A DNA stretch of 64,000 nt from an uncultured Actinomycetota bacterium. Lineage in GTDB: Bacteria > Actinomycetota > Actinomycetes > Propionibacteriales > Nocardioidaceae. The translations under genes were made by a program, and so were the position numbers. Below the pieces are notes generated by a model. It ran no database searches, was not told where the DNA came from, and worked only from the letters and a program-made list of their open reading frames with translations. The stretch spans positions 64,199-128,198 of the forward strand of contig CAVYCK010000011.1 of assembly GCA_963767095.1 (NCBI GenBank), read 5' to 3'. Below, one piece after another: positions 21,168 to 32,078 of this stretch (position 1 is its first letter; every line of letters starts with the position of its first letter).

Positions 21168-23117
21168 GTGAGCATCCTGGACGACGCCCGCGAGGGCATG
21201 GACCTCGACATCCGCCCTCAGGACGACCTCTTCGGTCACGTGAACGGCCGCTGGCTGGATACCGAGGAGATCCCCGCCGACCGATCAAGCTGGGGACCCT
21301 TCGTCGAGCTCGCCGACATCGCCCAGGAGCAGGTGCGCACGATCATCGAGGAGCTCGCCGAGCGCCCGCCGACCGGCGAGGCCGACAGCGAGCCCGAGAA
21401 GATCGCCGCGCTCTACGCGTCGTTCATGAACACCGACGCGATCGCCAGGCTCGGCACGCGCCCGGTGCAGCCGCTGGTCAACGCCGTGGCCGCGCTGCGC
21501 GACGTGCGCGACCTGGCGGCCTTCGTCGGGGAGTTCGAGCGCATCGGCGGTCACGGCCTGTTCGGGTCCTACGTCAACACCGACCGCAGGGACTCCGACC
21601 GCTATCTGGTCTACCTCGCCCAGGGCGGGCTCGGGCTGCCGGACGAGAGCTACTACCGCGAGGACAAGTTCGCCGAGATCCGCGAGAAGTACGTCGCCTA
21701 CCTCGCCGCCCTGTTCCGGCTGGCCGACCACGACGGCGACGCCGAGGCCGACGCCGCGACCGTTCTCGCGATCGACACCAGGATCGCCGCCGGGCACTGG
21801 GAGCGCGCCGAGACCCGCGACGTGCAGAAGACCTACAACCTGCTGACCTTCGACGACCTGACGACGCTCGCTCCGCAGTTCGACTGGAAGGCCTACGTCA
21901 CCAACCTCGGCGGCAACGACGAGACGCTCGCCGAGACCGTCGTGATGATGCCGTCGTTCTTCGAGCACCTCTCGACCGTGCTGGCGGAGGTCCCCATCGA
22001 GGACTGGCGACCGTGGATGCTCTCGCGCGTGCTGCGCTCCGCGGCGCCGTACCTCACCGACGACTTCGTCGAGACCAACTTCGACTTCTACGGCCGCACC
22101 CTCAACGGCACCCCCGAGCTCCGCGCGCGGTGGAAGCGCGGGGTCGGTCTCGTCGAGGGCGCGATCGGGGAGGCGGTGGGACGCGAGTACGTCGCCCGCC
22201 ACTTCCCGCCGCGCGCGAAGGCGCTGATGGACGACCTGGTCGCCAACCTGCTCACGGCCTACCGGCAGTCGATCGCCGCGCTGGACTGGATGACCGAGGA
22301 GACCAAGCAGCGGGCCTACGAGAAGCTCGAGACCTTCCGGCCCAAGATCGGCTACCCGGACAAGTTCCGCGACTACTCCGCGCTGCACGTCCGCGGCGAC
22401 GACCTGCTCGGCAACGTCGCTGCCGCGGCGGCCTTCGAGACCGACCGCGAGCTGGCCAAGATCGGTGCCCCCGTCGACCGTGACGAGTGGCTGATGCTGC
22501 CGCAGACCGTCAACGCCTACTACAACCCGGGCACCAACGAGATCTGCTTCCCGGCCGCGATCCTGCAGCGGCCGTTCTTCGACGCCGACGCCGACGAGGC
22601 CGAGAACTACGGCGGCATCGGCGCCGTGATCGGGCACGAGATCGGCCACGGCTTCGACGACCAGGGTGCGCAGTACGACGGCGCGGGCAACCTCAACGAC
22701 TGGTGGACGCCCGACGACAAGGCGGCGTTCGAGGTGAAGTCGAAGGCCCTGATCGCGCAGTACGACGCCTTCGAGCCGCGCAACCTGCCCGGCGAGCGCG
22801 TGAACGGCGCCCTGACCGTCGGCGAGAACATCGGCGACCTCGGGGGCCTGACCATCGCGCACAAGGCCTATGCGATCGCCCGCGACGGCGCCCAGGGACC
22901 AGAGGACAGCCGGCGGCTGTTCATGAGCTGGAGCTACTGCTGGCGTACGAAGCGGCGCCAGGAGCAGGAGCAGCAGTACCTCACCATCGACCCGCACTCG
23001 CCGCCGGAGTTCCGCGCCAACATCGTGCGCAACCTCGACGAGTACCACGACGCGTTCGGCACGGTCGAGGGAGACGGCCTCTGGATCGACCCGGCTGACC
23101 GGGTGCGGATCTGGTAG
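21168..23117 (+). CDS. M13-family zinc metallopeptidase (PepO/Zmp1-like)
   Basis: PQDDLF, VNAYY, GHEIGHGFDDQG, GENIGD, DPHSP. Confidence 0.93.
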   Translation: MSILDDAREGMDLDIRPQDDLFGHVNGRWLDTEEIPADRSSWGPFVELADIAQEQVRTIIEELAERPPTGEADSEPEKIAALYASFMNTDAIARLGTRPVQPLVNAVAALRDVRDLAAFVGEFERIGGHGLFGSYVNTDRRDSDRYLVYLAQGGLGLPDESYYREDKFAEIREKYVAYLAALFRLADHDGDAEADAATVLAIDTRIAAGHWERAETRDVQKTYNLLTFDDLTTLAPQFDWKAYVTNLGGNDETLAETVVMMPSFFEHLSTVLAEVPIEDWRPWMLSRVLRSAAPYLTDDFVETNFDFYGRTLNGTPELRARWKRGVGLVEGAIGEAVGREYVARHFPPRAKALMDDLVANLLTAYRQSIAALDWMTEETKQRAYEKLETFRPKIGYPDKFRDYSALHVRGDDLLGNVAAAAAFETDRELAKIGAPVDRDEWLMLPQTVNAYYNPGTNEICFPAAILQRPFFDADADEAENYGGIGAVIGHEIGHGFDDQGAQYDGAGNLNDWWTPDDKAAFEVKSKALIAQYDAFEPRNLPGERVNGALTVGENIGDLGGLTIAHKAYAIARDGAQGPEDSRRLFMSWSYCWRTKRRQEQEQQYLTIDPHSPPEFRANIVRNLDEYHDAFGTVEGDGLWIDPADRVRIW

Positions 23118-23203
23118 TCGGGCCGGATGCCCGCGAGCACCCGAGAGGCGCTCACGGACACCCGGCCCTGCGGGGGGCGCGATCTGTCGTAGGGGCCCTT
23201 CTC

Positions 23204-23818
23204 TCAGCTCGAGACGCAGGTCACCTGGATGACGAGCGGCCCGGCGGCCAGCACGTTCACGGCGTTGGCGTCCGACGCCGTGAAGCCGTTGCCGGTGCGC
23301 TGGATCTGCGTGGGCGGCAACAGATCGACGGGGCTCTCGGTGAAGGCGTTCGCGCTGATGGCGAGCTTGCCTGCCGGGCACGTGGCGGTCACCGAGCGGG
23401 CCGCGAGGAGCGGTACGTCGGATCCAGGCGACTGGGCCGTGACGACCTGGAAGCCCGAGGCTCCGCTGGTGAGCGTCTGGAGCAGCGTGGTCGACAGGTT
23501 CGAGGAGGTGATGGTGCCGCCGGCGATCTCCTTGCCGGTAACGGTGCTGGCCTTGAGGTCTGAGCCGGTGAGGCTGTGGTCGAGGACGGTGACGCTCTTG
23601 ATGGCGCCCTTCTTCAGGTCCTTGCCCTTGACCGTCTTGTTCTTGATCGTCTTGCTCTTGACGGCGTTCTTCTTGAGGTCCTTGCCGGTGACCGAGTGAT
23701 CCTTGATCTGCTTGCCCGAGACGACGAGCGCGGCGGTGGCGGAGGAGGAGACGGCGATGACGATCGCGAGGATCGCCACGGCCATGGAGGGAGTGATGCG
23801 GCGTAGGTAGCTGGTCAT
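23204..23818 (-). CDS. Secreted protein with about 10-residue (I/L)KxxSVTGxD repeats and a Cys-containing C-terminal domain
   Basis: Signal peptide; IKDHSVTGKDLKKNAVKSKTIKNKTVKGKDLKK...; TATCPAGK...QVTC. Confidence 0.75.
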   Translation of the reverse strand: MTSYLRRITPSMAVAILAIVIAVSSSATAALVVSGKQIKDHSVTGKDLKKNAVKSKTIKNKTVKGKDLKKGAIKSVTVLDHSLTGSDLKASTVTGKEIAGGTITSSNLSTTLLQTLTSGASGFQVVTAQSPGSDVPLLAARSVTATCPAGKLAISANAFTESPVDLLPPTQIQRTGNGFTASDANAVNVLAAGPLVIQVTCVSS

Positions 23819-23979
23819 GTGACCGAGAGTCGCACGGAATTCGACGACCGTAAGTAAAGACTGGATGTGTGAAGAAAGTTACGGCCCGGAAGCAAAATAA
23901 TCGCGAATTCCCTTCACCCTGAGGTGGGAATTGACCGCGGTTCGGACCGGCACTCGGAATGCGACAGGAGCCCTCGCGT

Positions 23980-24639
23980 TCAGCGAACGCGTTTGCAGCT
24001 CGTCTTGACCTCCACCGCAAGACAGGTGTCGTGGCCACGGCCGCCCTCGACCGTGTCGATGCCCAGGCCGCCGTCGACGAAGTCGTCGCCGCTCATGCCG
24101 AAGAACCTGTCGTTGCCCGGCTGCCCGTAGCCCTTGTCGTTGCCGGTGCCCAGGTAGACCAGGTCGTTGCCGCCGCCGGCCCACACCACGTCGACCCCGG
24201 CGCCGGCGAAGATGGTCTCGCCCTGGGTGCCGCCCCAGAAGATGTCGTTGCCGGCGCCGCCGTCCAGCTCCGGGCCGGCGACATCGGCGTCCACGGTGAT
24301 GGACACGAACTCGTCGTCGCCGGCGTTGCCGCGCGCGGTTCCGCCGCCCAGCATCCGGATCCGGTCATTGCCGTCGCCACCGAGAACGAACGCCGCGTCG
24401 CAGATGAGGTCGTCGCCGTCGCCGCCGTTGACGCTGCCGCCTCCGAGGACCACGTCGTCGATGCCGATGGTGTCGGTGTAGGGCTCGTCGGACGCCAGCG
24501 TGACGGTGGGCTCCTCGCCGAAGCAGGTCTCCTCGTCGATCTTCAGGCCCGCGGCACCCGACGCGACGCCCCACGAGGACGCCAGGAGTGCACTCGTCAG
24601 GGCCGACGCCAAGACGGCGCCGGCGAGGCGGCGGCTCAT
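23980..24639 (-). CDS. Secreted calcium-binding protein with RTX/hemolysin-type repeats
   Basis: Signal peptide; many GGxGxD nonapeptides (GGDGDD, GGDGND, GGAGND, GGRGHD). Confidence 0.85.
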   Translation of the reverse strand: MSRRLAGAVLASALTSALLASSWGVASGAAGLKIDEETCFGEEPTVTLASDEPYTDTIGIDDVVLGGGSVNGGDGDDLICDAAFVLGGDGNDRIRMLGGGTARGNAGDDEFVSITVDADVAGPELDGGAGNDIFWGGTQGETIFAGAGVDVVWAGGGNDLVYLGTGNDKGYGQPGNDRFFGMSGDDFVDGGLGIDTVEGGRGHDTCLAVEVKTSCKRVR

Positions 24640-24808
24640 GTGGTCCATCCTCGCGGTCAGGGGTAGGTGTGCGACAGACAGTGTGATGCACCGGGGGCCC
24701 GGTTGGTTCACGGCCGGCCGGCACGACTTTCGCGTCGCCCGGCCGCGCGCCCCATCCGTGACCGTCGGCGCCCGTCCGCGCCCGTGCGGGCCCTCCACGT
24801 GAGCGGGC

Positions 24809-24830
24809 TGTCTGCGGGCGCTGGTAGACC
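24809..24830 (+). promoter_or_regulatory. Near-consensus PafBC/RecA-NDp promoter
   Basis: TGTCTG-N10-TAGACC vs consensus TGTCGG-N10-TANNNT, 6 nt before GTG. Confidence 0.45.
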
Positions 24831-24836
24831 AGTGTC

Positions 24837-26954
24837 GTGCCTCTCGCCGACCTGACCACGCTCCGCGCCTCCGCCGAGGAGCAGCTGCGTGCGCTCGTCG
24901 GTCACGACGACGCCCGGCTCCGCGACGACCAGTGGTCCGCGATCGAGGCGCTGGTCGTCGACCGGCGCCGGGCGCTGGTGGTCCAGCGCACCGGCTGGGG
25001 CAAGTCGGCGGTCTACTTCGTCGCCACCGCCCTGCTCAGGGCCACCGGGGCCGGACCGACCGTGATCATCTCGCCGCTCCTGGCCCTGATGCGCAACCAG
25101 ATCGCCGCCGCCGAGCGGGCCGGCATCCGGGCCGTGACCATCAACTCCACCAACATCGAGCAGTGGCAGCAGGTCCACGACGACATCGCCGCCGGCCTCG
25201 TCGACGTGCTGCTGGTCTCGCCGGAGCGCCTCAACAACCCCGGCTTCCGCGACGAGGTGCTGCCCCGGCTGGCCGCGTCCGCCGGCCTGCTGGTCGTCGA
25301 CGAGGCGCACTGCATCTCCGACTGGGGACACGACTTCCGGCCCGACTACCGGCGGCTGCGCACGCTGTTGGCCGAGCTGCCCGACGGCATCCCCGTGCTG
25401 GCGACCACCGCCACCGCCAACGCGCGGGTCACCGCCGACGTCGCGGAGCAGCTGGGCACCGACGTGCTGGTGCTGCGCGGCTCGCTCGACCGCGACTCCC
25501 TGCGGCTCGGGGTGGTGCGGCTGCGCACGGCTGAGCAACGGCTGGCGTGGCTGGCCGACCACCTCGCCGAGCAGCCCGGGTCCGGCATCGTCTACTGCCT
25601 CACGGTCGCGGCCACGCAGGAGGTGGCCGACTACCTCCGCAGCCGCGGGCACACCGTGGCGGCGTACTCCGGGCAGACCGAGACCACCGAGCGCCTCTCG
25701 CTCGAGGACGACCTGGTCTCGGGGCGGGTCAAGGCCCTGGTCGCGACGTCCGCGCTGGGCATGGGCTTCGACGCGGCGCTGGGCTTCGTCGTCAACCTGG
25801 GGGCGCCGCAGTCGCCGGTCGCCTACTACCAGCAGGTCGGCCGCGCCGGCCGCGGGATCGCCCCGGGCACGAGCGCGACGGTGGTGCTGCTGCCGGCCCT
25901 GGAGGACCGTGACATCTGGGCCTACTTCGCCTCGCTCGCGTTCCCGCCCGAGCCCGTCGTCCGGCAGACGCTGGCCACGTTGACCGACCTCGGCGCCGAG
26001 ACCGGCCGCCCGGTGAGCACGCCCGCTCTCGAGGCCCGGGTCGAGCTCACCCGCACGCGGCTCGAGTCGATGCTGAAGGTCCTCGACGTCGACGGCGCCG
26101 TACGCCGGGTCCAAGGCGGCTGGGAGAGCACCGGCGCCGACTGGGCCTACGACACCGATCGCTACGCCGCCCTCGCCGAGGCGCGTCAGCGCGAGCAGGA
26201 CGCCATGCTCGCCTACCTCGACACCGACCGGTGCCGGATGTGGTTCCTGCGCGACCAGCTCGACGACGACGACAACTGGGCAGCAGCCGACGGCGGGTGC
26301 GGCCGCTGCGACAACTGCGGCGGCCTGACGTTGGGCACCGAGGTGTCCGCCGCCGCCGTCGACGCCGCCACCGAGCGCCTGGCCCGCCCAGGGGTGGTCG
26401 TCGAGCCCCGCAAGATGTGGCCCACCGCGCTCTCGGCCCTCGGGCTGTCGTTGACCGGGCGGATCGCCGATCCGCCCGCGGAGGGCAGGGCGATCGCCCG
26501 TCTGACCGACCTCGGCTACGGCCAGCAGCTGCGCCAGCTCTTCCGTGACGAGACCCCCGACGGACCGGTGCCCGAAGGGCTCGCTCGCGCCATGGTCGCC
26601 GTCCTCGCCGACTGGCAGCCCGGCGTCGACGCGATCGTCACGGTCGACTCCCTGCGCCGGCCCACGCTGGTCGGCGACCTCGGCGCCGGCCTCTCCCGCT
26701 ACCTGCGCGTGCCGGTCACCGGCCGCTACGTGATCGTCGACCCGCACGTCGCGCCCGGCCAGGGAGCGGTGAACTCCGCCCAGCGCGTGGCGGCGGTCTC
26801 CCGGCGCTACGGGTTCGAGGGATCCGCGGCGGGGCGGATCCTCCTGGTCGACGACCTCGTCGGCACCGGCTGGACGCTGACCCTCGCCGCCCAGGCGCTG
26901 CGCCAGGCCGGCGCGACCGAGGTGCTGCCCCTCACGCTCGCCGTGGAGGCCTGA
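24837..26954 (+). CDS. rqlH: RecQ-like helicase with C-terminal phosphoribosyltransferase-like domain (RqlH type)
   Basis: TGWGKS, DEAHCISDWGHDFRPDY, TAT, YYQQVGRAGR, Zn motif CR..CGRCDNC, ILLVDDLVGTGWT. Confidence 0.85.
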   Translation: MPLADLTTLRASAEEQLRALVGHDDARLRDDQWSAIEALVVDRRRALVVQRTGWGKSAVYFVATALLRATGAGPTVIISPLLALMRNQIAAAERAGIRAVTINSTNIEQWQQVHDDIAAGLVDVLLVSPERLNNPGFRDEVLPRLAASAGLLVVDEAHCISDWGHDFRPDYRRLRTLLAELPDGIPVLATTATANARVTADVAEQLGTDVLVLRGSLDRDSLRLGVVRLRTAEQRLAWLADHLAEQPGSGIVYCLTVAATQEVADYLRSRGHTVAAYSGQTETTERLSLEDDLVSGRVKALVATSALGMGFDAALGFVVNLGAPQSPVAYYQQVGRAGRGIAPGTSATVVLLPALEDRDIWAYFASLAFPPEPVVRQTLATLTDLGAETGRPVSTPALEARVELTRTRLESMLKVLDVDGAVRRVQGGWESTGADWAYDTDRYAALAEARQREQDAMLAYLDTDRCRMWFLRDQLDDDDNWAAADGGCGRCDNCGGLTLGTEVSAAAVDAATERLARPGVVVEPRKMWPTALSALGLSLTGRIADPPAEGRAIARLTDLGYGQQLRQLFRDETPDGPVPEGLARAMVAVLADWQPGVDAIVTVDSLRRPTLVGDLGAGLSRYLRVPVTGRYVIVDPHVAPGQGAVNSAQRVAAVSRRYGFEGSAAGRILLVDDLVGTGWTLTLAAQALRQAGATEVLPLTLAVEA

Positions 26955-27001
26955 GCCGCGTCGGGCTCATTGAGCTGGCGGGCGCTCGAGGGCGCCGTGC
27001 C

Positions 27002-28495
27002 TCAGTGCACCATCGCGGCCGGGTCGACCGGAGCGACCTTGTGACGCGGCAGGAAGAACGCCGGGACCAGGCAGAGCGCCACGAGCACGACCGCAACCAT
27101 GAAGGAGTCGGCGTACGCCGCCGCCATGCCCTCGGTGGGCGGGTCGGTGGGGTCGGCCATGGCGTCCTGGAGGCCGTTGGTCAGCAGCACGGAGAACAGC
27201 GCGAAGCCGATGGAGGAGGCCACCTGCTGGGTGATGTTCATCAGCGTCGAGCCGCGGGCGATGCTGTGGTCGGTCAGGGTGGCCAGCGCGGCCGACATGA
27301 TCGGCATCATCGTGCCGCCCATGCCGAGACCCATCACGAAGAGCGCCGAGCAGATCACGACGTACGACGTGGTGTCGGTCAGCTGGGTGAAGACCGACAT
27401 GCCGACCACGATCACGCCGATGCCGGTCATCACGATCTTGCCCGGCCCGATCCGGTCGGCCAGGATGCCGGCGATCGGCATCGTGATCATCGCGCCGAAG
27501 CCCTGCGGCGCGATCAGCCAGCCCGCCGAGAGCGCGGTCTCGCCGCGCACGCTCTGGAAGTAGAGCGGGAAGAGCAGGCTCGAGCCGAAGAACGCGATGG
27601 CGAACAGCATCATGGCGACGACGGCGATCGTCATGTCCTTGTTCTTGAACAGGCGCAGGTCGACCAGCGGGTGGATGTTGCGCGCCGCCAGCGCCCACGG
27701 GACGAAGGCGGCGATCAGCAGCAGCCCGACGGCGGCCGGGAGGAGCACCTTGGTGTGCGCGACGCCGTTGGCCTCGGGGATCGTCGAGACGCCGTACAGG
27801 AACAACGCCAGACCCGGGGAGAGCAGCAGCATGCCGAGCCAGTCGAAGCTCTCCGAGGGCTCGACGTGGTCCTTCGGCAGCACGAGCGAGGCATAGATGA
27901 GCGCGACGATGCCGATGGGCAGGTTGATCAGGAAGATCCAGTGCCAGGACGCGACGCCGATGAGCCAGCCGCCCAGGATCGGGCCGAAGATCGGGCCGAG
28001 CAGCATCGGGATGCCCAGCACCGCCATCACGCGGCCGACCCGGTCGGGTCCGGCGGCGCGGGTCAGGATCGTCATGCCGAGCGGCATCAGCATGCCGCCG
28101 CCGAGACCCTGGAGGACCCGGAAGCCCACCAGCATCTCCAGCGACGTGGCCGTCGCGCACAGGACCGAGCCGGCGGTGAACAGCGCCACGGCCAGCAGGT
28201 AGAGGCGCTTGGTGCCGAAGCGGTCGGCGGCCCAGCCGGTCAGCGGGATCACGCTGGCCAGGGCCAGGGTGTAGGCGGTCATCGTCCAGGCCACCTGGGC
28301 GGCCGTCGCGTCGAACTCGGTCTGGAAGGTCTGGAGGGCGACGGACACCACGGTGATGTCGAGGATCGACATGATGGCGCCGAGGACGACGACGCCGGCG
28401 ATGATCAGGACGCCGCGGTCGAGGCCCTCGTCGCCGTTGCCGGGGGGTCGCAGCTCGCCGGGCCGCCCGGCATCGGTGGAGGTCTCAGTGGTCAC
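27002..28495 (-). CDS. DHA2-family (EmrB/QacA) MFS efflux permease
   Basis: LDITVVSVAL, GWAADRFGTKR, FRVLQGLGGG, GPILGG, WHWIFLINLPIG; 14-TM pattern. Confidence 0.92.
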   Translation of the reverse strand: MTTETSTDAGRPGELRPPGNGDEGLDRGVLIIAGVVVLGAIMSILDITVVSVALQTFQTEFDATAAQVAWTMTAYTLALASVIPLTGWAADRFGTKRLYLLAVALFTAGSVLCATATSLEMLVGFRVLQGLGGGMLMPLGMTILTRAAGPDRVGRVMAVLGIPMLLGPIFGPILGGWLIGVASWHWIFLINLPIGIVALIYASLVLPKDHVEPSESFDWLGMLLLSPGLALFLYGVSTIPEANGVAHTKVLLPAAVGLLLIAAFVPWALAARNIHPLVDLRLFKNKDMTIAVVAMMLFAIAFFGSSLLFPLYFQSVRGETALSAGWLIAPQGFGAMITMPIAGILADRIGPGKIVMTGIGVIVVGMSVFTQLTDTTSYVVICSALFVMGLGMGGTMMPIMSAALATLTDHSIARGSTLMNITQQVASSIGFALFSVLLTNGLQDAMADPTDPPTEGMAAAYADSFMVAVVLVALCLVPAFFLPRHKVAPVDPAAMVH

Positions 28496-28569
28496 CTCCC
28501 GAAGGGTAGAGAGGGTCACCGACGCCGGGCCAGTCCTTAAGCCTCGGCTGGACCCGTCGGCGTACGCCG

Positions 28570-28595
28570 GGAACCAACCGTCGGTGGGCAGCGTT
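28570..28595 (+). promoter_or_regulatory. SigH/SigR-type ECF promoter
   Basis: GGAAC-N18-GTT about 35 nt upstream of the SNF2 gene. Confidence 0.45.
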
Positions 28596-28629
28596 AGCGT
28601 CGAGGGCGAGCAGGACGGAGGTGGCGTGG

Positions 28630-31384
28630 ATGGCGGCTGTCGGGCGGCTGCTCCCGCTGGACGGCAGGGCGCGCCTGAGGCCCGGCATCCCTCCTCGCGA
28701 CGGGTCGGTCGAGGTCGCCGACGACCGCCGGACGGTGACCCTCCCGGTCCGCGAGGCCGTGCCGCTGCTCGCCCGGGCGACGTCGCGCACCGACCTGTCC
28801 CCGAGCGCGCGCCTGCTGGCCGACGCGACCGTGCTCGGGCTGCGCCTGGTCGCCGCGGGCCGGGTGCGGCCGGCCTCGGGGCCCGGGGGACCGCACTGGG
28901 CGGTCGCCGATCTCGAGGCCGACGAGGAAGCCGCCGTCGCGACGATCGTCGGTGTGGCGACCGGCGCGGGCCTCGACGAGGCGGACGCCACGACGACGGT
29001 GCGGGGGCTCCTCGACGCGGTCGCCGACGTGCTGCCGCGGGCGGCGCCGACCCGCAACGGCGGCTGCAGACGGGTCTGCGTTCGCCACGGCGCTCGGCCG
29101 CCGTCTGGACGCGTCCCGGCGCCCGGACTCCGACGGGGCGCGCCCGCAGCTGGTGGCGCTCAGCCTGCGGGTGGAGGCCGACGAGGACGAGCTGGTGGCG
29201 GGCTCGGTGCGGCTGGTGCTCCAGGTGCACGACGAGCAGGACCCGCTCCACCTCGTCGACGCGGCCGTGCTCTGGACCGGCTCGGCGGACGAGCACGGCT
29301 TCGGCGACCGCGCCCGCGTGCATGCCACGATCGCGCTGCGCGCCGCGGCCGACGCGTGGCCGGTCCTCGACCGGCTGCTCGCCCTGGCCGTTCCCGACCA
29401 GATCACCCTCGACACCGACGAGCTCGTGAGCCTGCTCGACGACGGTGTGGCCGCGCTGCGGCACCGGGGCATCGACGTGCTCTGGCCGCGCAGCCTCGGG
29501 CGGGACCTGACGACCACGACCGTGCTCGACCGCAGACCCGGCGAGCCCCGCGAGGGCGAGCTGGTCGAGGGCCTGCTCGGCACCGACGCGCTGTTCTCCT
29601 TCCACTGGCAGGTCGCACTGCACGGCGAGCCCTTGTCGGTCGCGGAGATGGAGCGGCTGCGGGCCGCGACCGGACCCCTGCTCCGACTGCGCGGGCAGTG
29701 GACGGTCGTCGACCCGGCCGTCGCGCGACGAGCGAGGCGCCGCCTGGTCCGCACGGTCAGGCCGGTCGAGGCGGTGGCTGCGGCGCTGACGGGCATCGTG
29801 GAGGTCGACGACGTCGAGCACGACGTCGTCGTGGGGGCGTCGTTGCTCAAGGTCCGCGAGCAGCTCCGCACGGCGGCCACGCGAGACCCGATCGACTCGC
29901 CGGCCGGCCTGGTCGCAACTCTGCGGGACTACCAGCGGCACGGTCTCACCTGGCTCGTCCAGCTCACCGATCTCGAGCTCGGCGCCTGCCTGGCCGACGA
30001 CATGGGCCTGGGCAAGACCGTCACGCTGATCGCGCTGCACCTCCACCGCCGCGAGACCGGGCGCACCGGGCCGACCCTGGTCGTCTGCCCGGCGTCCCTG
30101 CTCGGCACCTGGGAGGCGGAGGTACGCCGCTTCGCCCCCGGCGTCGACGTCCGGCGGTTCCACGGGTCGGCCCGCGATCTGGGCGCCGGGAGGGAGGGGC
30201 CGAACGACGGGTTCGTGCTGACGACGTACGGCACCATGCGGGCCTCGCTCGCCGCGGGAGACGCCCTCCGCGAGGTGCCATGGGATCTCGTGGTCGCCGA
30301 CGAGGCCCAGCACGTCAAGAACCCACGGTCGGCCACCGCGCGGGCCCTGCGCACGATCCCCAGCCGGACCCGGGTGGCGCTGACCGGCACGCCGGTCGAG
30401 AACGACCTCACCGAGCTGTGGGCGATCCTGGACTGGGCGACGCCGGGCCTCCTCGGCAGCCGCAACGCGTTCCGCAAGGTGTGGGCAGGCCCCATCGAGT
30501 CGGGGCTCGAGCCGACCAAGGCGCGCCGGTTCGCCGAGCTGATCGGCCCCTTCCTGCTGCGTCGCCGCAAGTCCGACCCGGGCGTCGCGCCCGAGCTGCC
30601 CCCCAAGACGGAGACCGACCACGTCCTGGGCCTCACCCGCGAGCAGGTCGTGCTCTACGAGGCGTTCGTCCGCGACACGATGGAGCGCATCGAGCGCGCC
30701 GACGAGGAGCAGCGCCGCGGACTCGTCCTCGCCCTGCTCACCGGCCTCAAGCAGATCTGCAACCACCCCGCCCAGTTCCTCAAGCAGAGCTCGCCCCGCC
30801 TCGCGGGCCGCTCGCAGAAGCTCGACGCCGTCGACGAGCTCGTCGGCACGGTGGTCGCCGAGGACGGCGCCGTGCTCGTCTTCACGCAGTACGTCGCCAT
30901 GGCCCGACTCCTCGAGACCCACCTGACCCGCGCCGGGATCGCCCACCAGTTCCTGCACGGCGGCACGCCGGTGCGCGAGCGCGACGCGATGGTGGCGCGC
31001 TTCCAGGCCGGCGACGTGCCGGTCTTCCTGCTGTCGCTGCGCGCCGGAGGCACCGGTCTGACCCTCACCCGCGCCGACCACGTCATCCACGTCGACCGCT
31101 GGTGGAACCCCGCCGTGGAGGACCAGGCGACCGACCGCGCCTACCGGATCGGTCAGACCCGGCCGGTCCAGGTGCACCGGCTCGTCACGCGCGGCACGAT
31201 CGAGGAACGCATCGCCGAGCTGCTGGCCCGCAAGCGCGCCCTGGCCGACTCGGTGCTCGCCACCGACGGCGATCTCACCGCGCTGACCGAGCTCAGCGAC
31301 GGCGAGCTGCGCGACCTCGTGACCCTGCGCGAGGGCGCCGAGGTCGGTGACTCCGAGTGGGACGACGCGGGGCCGGAGCCGTGA
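28630..31384 (+). CDS. SNF2-family DEAD/H helicase (HelZ-like; frameshift near 29060)
   Basis: LRDYQ, LADDMGLGKT, DEAQHVKN, LTGTPVEN, LKQICNHP, SLRAGGTGL, WWNPAVEDQATDRAYRIGQ. Confidence 0.9.
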
Positions 31385-32046
31385 GCCCGATCCACCGGCG
31401 GCAGCCGCCCCGGCGGGGTGCGGCCCGGGCGACCACGTGGTGGGGCAAGGCGTGGGTGCGGGCCGTCGAGGAGTCGTCGTACGCCGAGGCCGACCTGCGG
31501 GCCGCCCGCTCGCTCGCGCGCTCGGGCCGGCTCGGGCCGATCGCGGTCGACCGGGGCGCGATCGGCTGCACGGTCGTCGGCGAGGACGGCATGCCGGCCG
31601 TCACCGGAGCCCTCGAGCTGCTCGACGTCGCCGCCACCGAGACGTTCGTGGAGCTGGTCGCCGCCGAGTCGGGCCGGATCGCCGACCTGCTGGCCGGCGA
31701 CCTGCCGATCGGGCTGGTCGAGCATGCCGAGGAGGCGGGGGTCGAGGTGCTGCCCTTCGCCGGCGAGTTCAGCTGGAGCTGCACCTGCGACGCCTGGCTC
31801 GACCCGTGCCGGCACGCGCTGGCCGTCGGCTACCAGCTGGCCTGGCTCGTCGACGCCGACCCGCTGGTGCTGCTCGGCCTGCGCGGGCTCCCGCGTGACG
31901 ACCTGCTGGCGCGCCTGCACGCCCGCGGCTCGGCAGGCCCGCCGCGCGGCCCCGACGACGTCGAGATCGCCCACGACGCCGCCCTGCGGGCCGCCCGGGC
32001 GCTGCACCTGCTCGCCGCCGGCGAGCCGATCGACCACCTGCTGTGA
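31381..32046 (+). CDS. SWIM zinc-finger protein, partner of the SNF2 helicase
   Basis: TWWGKAW, CTCDAWLDPCRHALAV, DPLVLLGLRG; follows the helicase with a 4-nt overlap. Confidence 0.85.
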   Translation: MSPIHRRQPPRRGAARATTWWGKAWVRAVEESSYAEADLRAARSLARSGRLGPIAVDRGAIGCTVVGEDGMPAVTGALELLDVAATETFVELVAAESGRIADLLAGDLPIGLVEHAEEAGVEVLPFAGEFSWSCTCDAWLDPCRHALAVGYQLAWLVDADPLVLLGLRGLPRDDLLARLHARGSAGPPRGPDDVEIAHDAALRAARALHLLAAGEPIDHLL

Positions 32047-32078
32047 GACGAGCCGCCTCGGGTCGTCCGCCGACCGGG

